From positions 17,974 to 81,973 of IMG/VR virus record IMGVR_UViG_2639762749_000010: a DNA stretch of 64,000 bases; one strand, written 5' to 3'. The notes under the pieces are model-generated. The model was not told the DNA's origin. It ran no database searches and saw only the letters and a program-made list of their open reading frames with translations. Source of the stretch: a virus. Taxonomy: Duplodnaviria; Caudoviricetes. Positions 60,393 to 64,000 of the stretch are shown piece after piece. The translations under genes and the position numbers were made by a program. Each line of letters begins with the position of its first letter. The stretch's first letter is position 1.

Positions 60393-60776
60393 TTAGGCAG
60401 CTAACTGCTTGCCTGTTTTTTCCCACCAGCTATTCGCGCCGTCGCAAACTTGGGGCATCGTGATAAATGTCGTCACGTAGGGCTCAAGGCTTTCCAGGAT
60501 AGTGATAAATTCATCGGTATTTTGTGTTACGAATTTTCCGGCCAGATAGTCGGCCACGATCTGGGGAATGTCCGTTGTTGCTGGTTCTGGATCGGTTGTC
60601 GTCTCGTCGGTTTGTTCCGTAGATACTGGCGACAGGCCATAACCCAACTTCTCCATGATGGCGGTGATCTCATCTTGGATATCAAGCTGGGTTAACGGAT
60701 CAGCGGCGGCCAGTTTGCCTAACAAGTCCGATAACTGATCCTGAAGGTCTAAAATCTCAAGCGGGGACAATTTCAT
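60393..60776 (-). CDS. ddrA: DdrA-like protein
   Basis: MKLSPLEILDL.D.L..L; follows darA. Confidence 0.65.
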   Translation of the reverse strand: MKLSPLEILDLQDQLSDLLGKLAAADPLTQLDIQDEITAIMEKLGYGLSPVSTEQTDETTTDPEPATTDIPQIVADYLAGKFVTQNTDEFITILESLEPYVTTFITMPQVCDGANSWWEKTGKQLAA

Positions 60777-60778
60777 AA

Positions 60779-61945
60779 TTATTGTCCCCCTGCCATAGCG
60801 GATTTGGCTACTGTCGCCAGCAGCCCTGACAGATGGTTAACTGCATCAGTGACAAGCTCGGAATTCTCTTCGTAGACAGTGGCGGCATTGAGCGCTGAAA
60901 TGGCCGCGCGGGTTTTAGTCCTAATTTCAGCCAGTTCTTGAATATTGTTACTCTCAAGACTCGGCACTGATTTCAGAAATGTGATGGCTTCTGAAGCGGC
61001 CTTATCTACTTCGCTAGGCTCATCCTCGGTGTTGCCGGTATCATTGACAGAGGTTCCGGTAGTGCCTGTATCCGCTGGTGTTGGTTTATTTTCCTGTTGG
61101 TTTTTCAACTGCGCCAACAAACGGCGTAACTGATCGTTTATCACAACCTGTTTTTTTAATCGATTCTGTAGCCTAGAAAATTCATCTTTTTTTGTATCCA
61201 TTCCCTGTTGTAGCTGATCACCCTTTTCAATCAACTCCACTTTTTGCTTCTCCAGCGCATCAGCTCGCTCAAGTTCTGCATCAATGTCTGCTTTTATCTT
61301 TGCTGCATTTGCAGCCTGTCGTTGAAACTTACTTGAGTTGCGTTCGATCAGGTTTGACAGAGACTGGCACACTTGGGGCAGTGAAATATCGCGCCCGTTA
61401 ATTGGGGCGACGACATGAGAAACATCACGTTTGTTCAGCAAAAACCGAAACGCAGTGAGTACATCATCATTCTGAATTCGCCCGTTTCCGCTGGTTGGGC
61501 TGTGGAAAATGACAGAAACGCTTTGCCCGTCTGACAGGGGGATCTTGGCAACCATAACCGGAATATTACCGACTCTCCGAACACGGCCAATTTCCGCACC
61601 ACCAATAGACGGCATTCCGTTATCCGTGTTTCCTGTATCGTTTGTACCGGCTAAAATCCCTGTTCCTGATAAACCTTGATTCAACTTGCGGATAAAGGCT
61701 CTCATGGTTTGTGATAATCGCATTCGGGTTGTCGTAATGCTCTCGAACATCGCGGTGTCACTCGATACGCATTCATGACCTAAGTAGCCGTGCTCTATTT
61801 CATCCAGCGAAACGCTTTCCAGCATTAAATCAGCTCCCATGCCGTTGAAAAGCTCATTGAACTGGCTATCTGTTGGCGTACTGAGCATAAAGTCAATTTT
61901 ATCGATTACACGAATCGCATTTTTTACAGAGTAGTCAGCGGTCAC
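60779..61945 (-). CDS. darA: DarA antirestriction/head protein (short form)
   Basis: LSDGQSVSVIFHSP, FRFLLNKRDVSHVVAP, LSNLIERNS. Confidence 0.85.
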   Translation of the reverse strand: MTADYSVKNAIRVIDKIDFMLSTPTDSQFNELFNGMGADLMLESVSLDEIEHGYLGHECVSSDTAMFESITTTRMRLSQTMRAFIRKLNQGLSGTGILAGTNDTGNTDNGMPSIGGAEIGRVRRVGNIPVMVAKIPLSDGQSVSVIFHSPTSGNGRIQNDDVLTAFRFLLNKRDVSHVVAPINGRDISLPQVCQSLSNLIERNSSKFQRQAANAAKIKADIDAELERADALEKQKVELIEKGDQLQQGMDTKKDEFSRLQNRLKKQVVINDQLRRLLAQLKNQQENKPTPADTGTTGTSVNDTGNTEDEPSEVDKAASEAITFLKSVPSLESNNIQELAEIRTKTRAAISALNAATVYEENSELVTDAVNHLSGLLATVAKSAMAGGQ

Positions 61946-62574
61946 AATGTTTCCTCCAAGCAGGCTATTTCTTCTTTCAGTTTTCGGGTTGTTGCCTGCT
62001 CTGAATTAAGAGCGGTACGTACATTTTCTAATTCAAACTGCACTTTTGAGAGAGTGTCTTGACGTTGAGAAAAGGTGCTATTTAACTTTGCGATGTCGGC
62101 TTCAAAAACACTGGCCTTTTCTTTCGCCTCCTGCAAGCGTTGTGCATTGGATTTTACGGCCGGAGCTTTGCTTTTTTTGGCTTCGTCTCTGTTTGCATTT
62201 GCCAGTTTTTTGGCTAACGAACTGGCGAATGCTGGTGCGGCGGCTTTGAATGCAGTGGCTATCTGTCGTGTCAGATCGGGAATGTTGCTGGGGGATGTGA
62301 AAGGAATAATTTTCCCATTTAACTTCAAGGCTAAAATGTCACCCGTATTATTGACCTGGATTGCCATTTCTTGGCCGTCTTCGGTGTGAAGTGAAAACGT
62401 CTTAGTCGGAATGCCGTCTTTCTTTCTGGCGGTTTCTGCGGGCACCAGTTTGACGATTTTACAATCGGCACTGGCAAGAGCGGTAGTCAGCTTTTTTAGA
62501 CCTTTCTCATTAAGCTGATCATAATTGAGAACGGTATATTGTTTCCCGTTCTGGGACATTAAATTTAGCGCCAT
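61942..62574 (-). CDS. hdf: Hdf
   Basis: DQLNEKGLKKL...GDI...KLNGK; precedes darA. Confidence 0.75.
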   Translation of the reverse strand: MALNLMSQNGKQYTVLNYDQLNEKGLKKLTTALASADCKIVKLVPAETARKKDGIPTKTFSLHTEDGQEMAIQVNNTGDILALKLNGKIIPFTSPSNIPDLTRQIATAFKAAAPAFASSLAKKLANANRDEAKKSKAPAVKSNAQRLQEAKEKASVFEADIAKLNSTFSQRQDTLSKVQFELENVRTALNSEQATTRKLKEEIACLEETL

Positions 62575-63002
62575 TACTTATCCCCTACTTGAATTGAGTA
62601 AGATTTCTGTCGATGACTTTGCACGGGGAAAAGCCGGTATAACGGATTCCAGCGGCAGTTACCATGTGTTACGCGAACGTGTAGTTCCCAAGCGCCAGAT
62701 GTAAGGTATTTCTTATCAATCAGCAGGTATTCTTCGTTCACGCCTTTTTTGGAGATGTCTAAGGTACGTGCTTTGCCATTTATCACGGTTGTGGGGTTAT
62801 TGGTGTCTCGAAGCCAATACTCAATCAGTGCCCCTTTTAAAGGGTGAACTTTGTTCTTAAACATCACGGGGAACGCCATTGCACGACCACGATCAGTTGA
62901 ATCACCAATATTGAGGATAATGACTTGTTTGCGTTGAAAGAAAATTCGGTCAATTACTGCGACAGCCAGTGAAACCGTTGCAATCACAGACGGTGATAAC
63001 AT
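62574..63002 (-). CDS. lydB: LydB antiholin-like protein
   Basis: lydA-lydB-hdf-darA order; NPLYRLFP motif. Confidence 0.7.
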   Translation of the reverse strand: MLSPSVIATVSLAVAVIDRIFFQRKQVIILNIGDSTDRGRAMAFPVMFKNKVHPLKGALIEYWLRDTNNPTTVINGKARTLDISKKGVNEEYLLIDKKYLTSGAWELHVRVTHGNCRWNPLYRLFPVQSHRQKSYSIQVGDK

Positions 63003-63307
63003 TATTTTTTACTCCCAAACTTATAATCAAATAGTTGAACTAATTTATTCTTTATGCCAGTAAGCAGCTCTTGTCCGTTATTGCTGGCACCGATGACGGC
63101 GATGAACATTAGCGGTTCATCCCATTGTTGATGCTGCGCGAGAAAATAAGCGACGAGTCCCGCACTTACTGACATGATGAGTTCAGTCAGCAAATCCATA
63201 ACATCACCAGAAATCCGTTTTTCACGAATTCCTTGCAGATATACGCCAATGCCACTGAACACAGAAAAGGCAATAGCAAGTGCCAGTACTTCTGTTTCTG
63301 GTTGCAC
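63002..63307 (-). CDS. lydA: LydA holin
   Basis: Small multi-TM protein, ASNNG motif, first gene of dar operon. Confidence 0.8.
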   Translation of the reverse strand: MQPETEVLALAIAFSVFSGIGVYLQGIREKRISGDVMDLLTELIMSVSAGLVAYFLAQHQQWDEPLMFIAVIGASNNGQELLTGIKNKLVQLFDYKFGSKK

Positions 63308-63929
63308 TTAGCACTCTCCCTTATTGGAAACATTGTTTCGGCAGGATAACAAAACTTTTCTTTAGGATTTAAATTGAAAACTGCTATTTTTTAGCAGGTT
63401 GCGGTTATTTGTTGGTTTTTAAATTAAAATTTAAGGTGCGATATTTTTATTAAAAAATAAATCGCTTCATTTTGTGTTTTTTATTTTTCATCTTATCTCT
63501 ATTTAATTAATAATAAAGTGATACTTACGGATGATTAATTGATTTTTTTTAAAAAAAGGATAAAATGGTTTGGTTTCTTTCTGTTAACTTTTGCTTGGTT
63601 TGCTGTTAACTGAAGAATGTGCGGCCACGTTAAACTATCCTTGGTAGCGTTAAGCGAGTCCTGTTTCAAAAGGGACAACAGCACGAAAGCCAACCTTATC
63701 CGTTGGCTTTTTTGCTCTTATCTACCCAACCTTTTCCCATTATCCAATTCACGCATTTGCCATGCAAAATAGGTTGTATTTTGTTCTTGTTGCCGTTTAT
63801 TCATATAATGTGGCATTGAGGTTATTTATTAATCATTAATGCAGGATAAAAGAACAAAAAACAATCTGATTTTTCCTGTTTTTTCGAAATATGGCTGTGA
63901 ATTAGCATAAAAGATGAAGGCGAACAGGT

Positions 63930-63955
63930 CAGTATAAAACCTTGGTTTAACGGAA
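63930..63955 (-). other. cix/gix-like inversion crossover site
   Basis: Minus strand TTCCGTTAAACCAAGGTTTTATACTG versus recalled P1 cixL TTCTCTTAAACCAAGGTTTAGGATTG; plus strand continues NLGLTEARQKALNAVPQGRKV (tail-fibre-like). Confidence 0.7.
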
Positions 63956-64000
63956 GCCCGCCAGAAAGCCCTGAACGCCGTTCCCCAAGGACGCAAGGTC

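Overview
The window is part of a P1/D6-like temperate phage-plasmid. The host is probably Morganellaceae such as Xenorhabdus or Photorhabdus (inferred from MrpJ-type regulators and the AT-rich cargo). Recognisable core: gp23 5' end, spanins, PAAR, dam, rdgC, baseplate/tail genes, a Dre/Cre-type recombinase with a rox-like site, coi-c1, pacAB, lpa, mat, lxc-ulx-darB, portal, protease, c4-icd, repL, an iteron repA replicon, darA operon, lydAB and a cix-like site. A ParM/ParR pair appears instead of parAB, and many toxin-antitoxin modules or remnants are scattered through the window. The most striking locus is 46.7-49.9 kb, an apparent anti-type I-E CRISPR island. An operon with an AcrIE8-like protein, a second Acr candidate and an HTH (Aca-like) gene converges on a cas-less array of about 10 type I-E repeat mimics. 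The array spacers are U-rich on the predicted transcript, mutually similar and exactly 32 or 26 nt long, and a DUF1456-like gene splits the array. It is a candidate multi-copy crRNA-decoy (RNA anti-CRISPR) or Cascade-hijacking system. All homology calls come from recalled sequences, motifs and synteny; no database searches were run.
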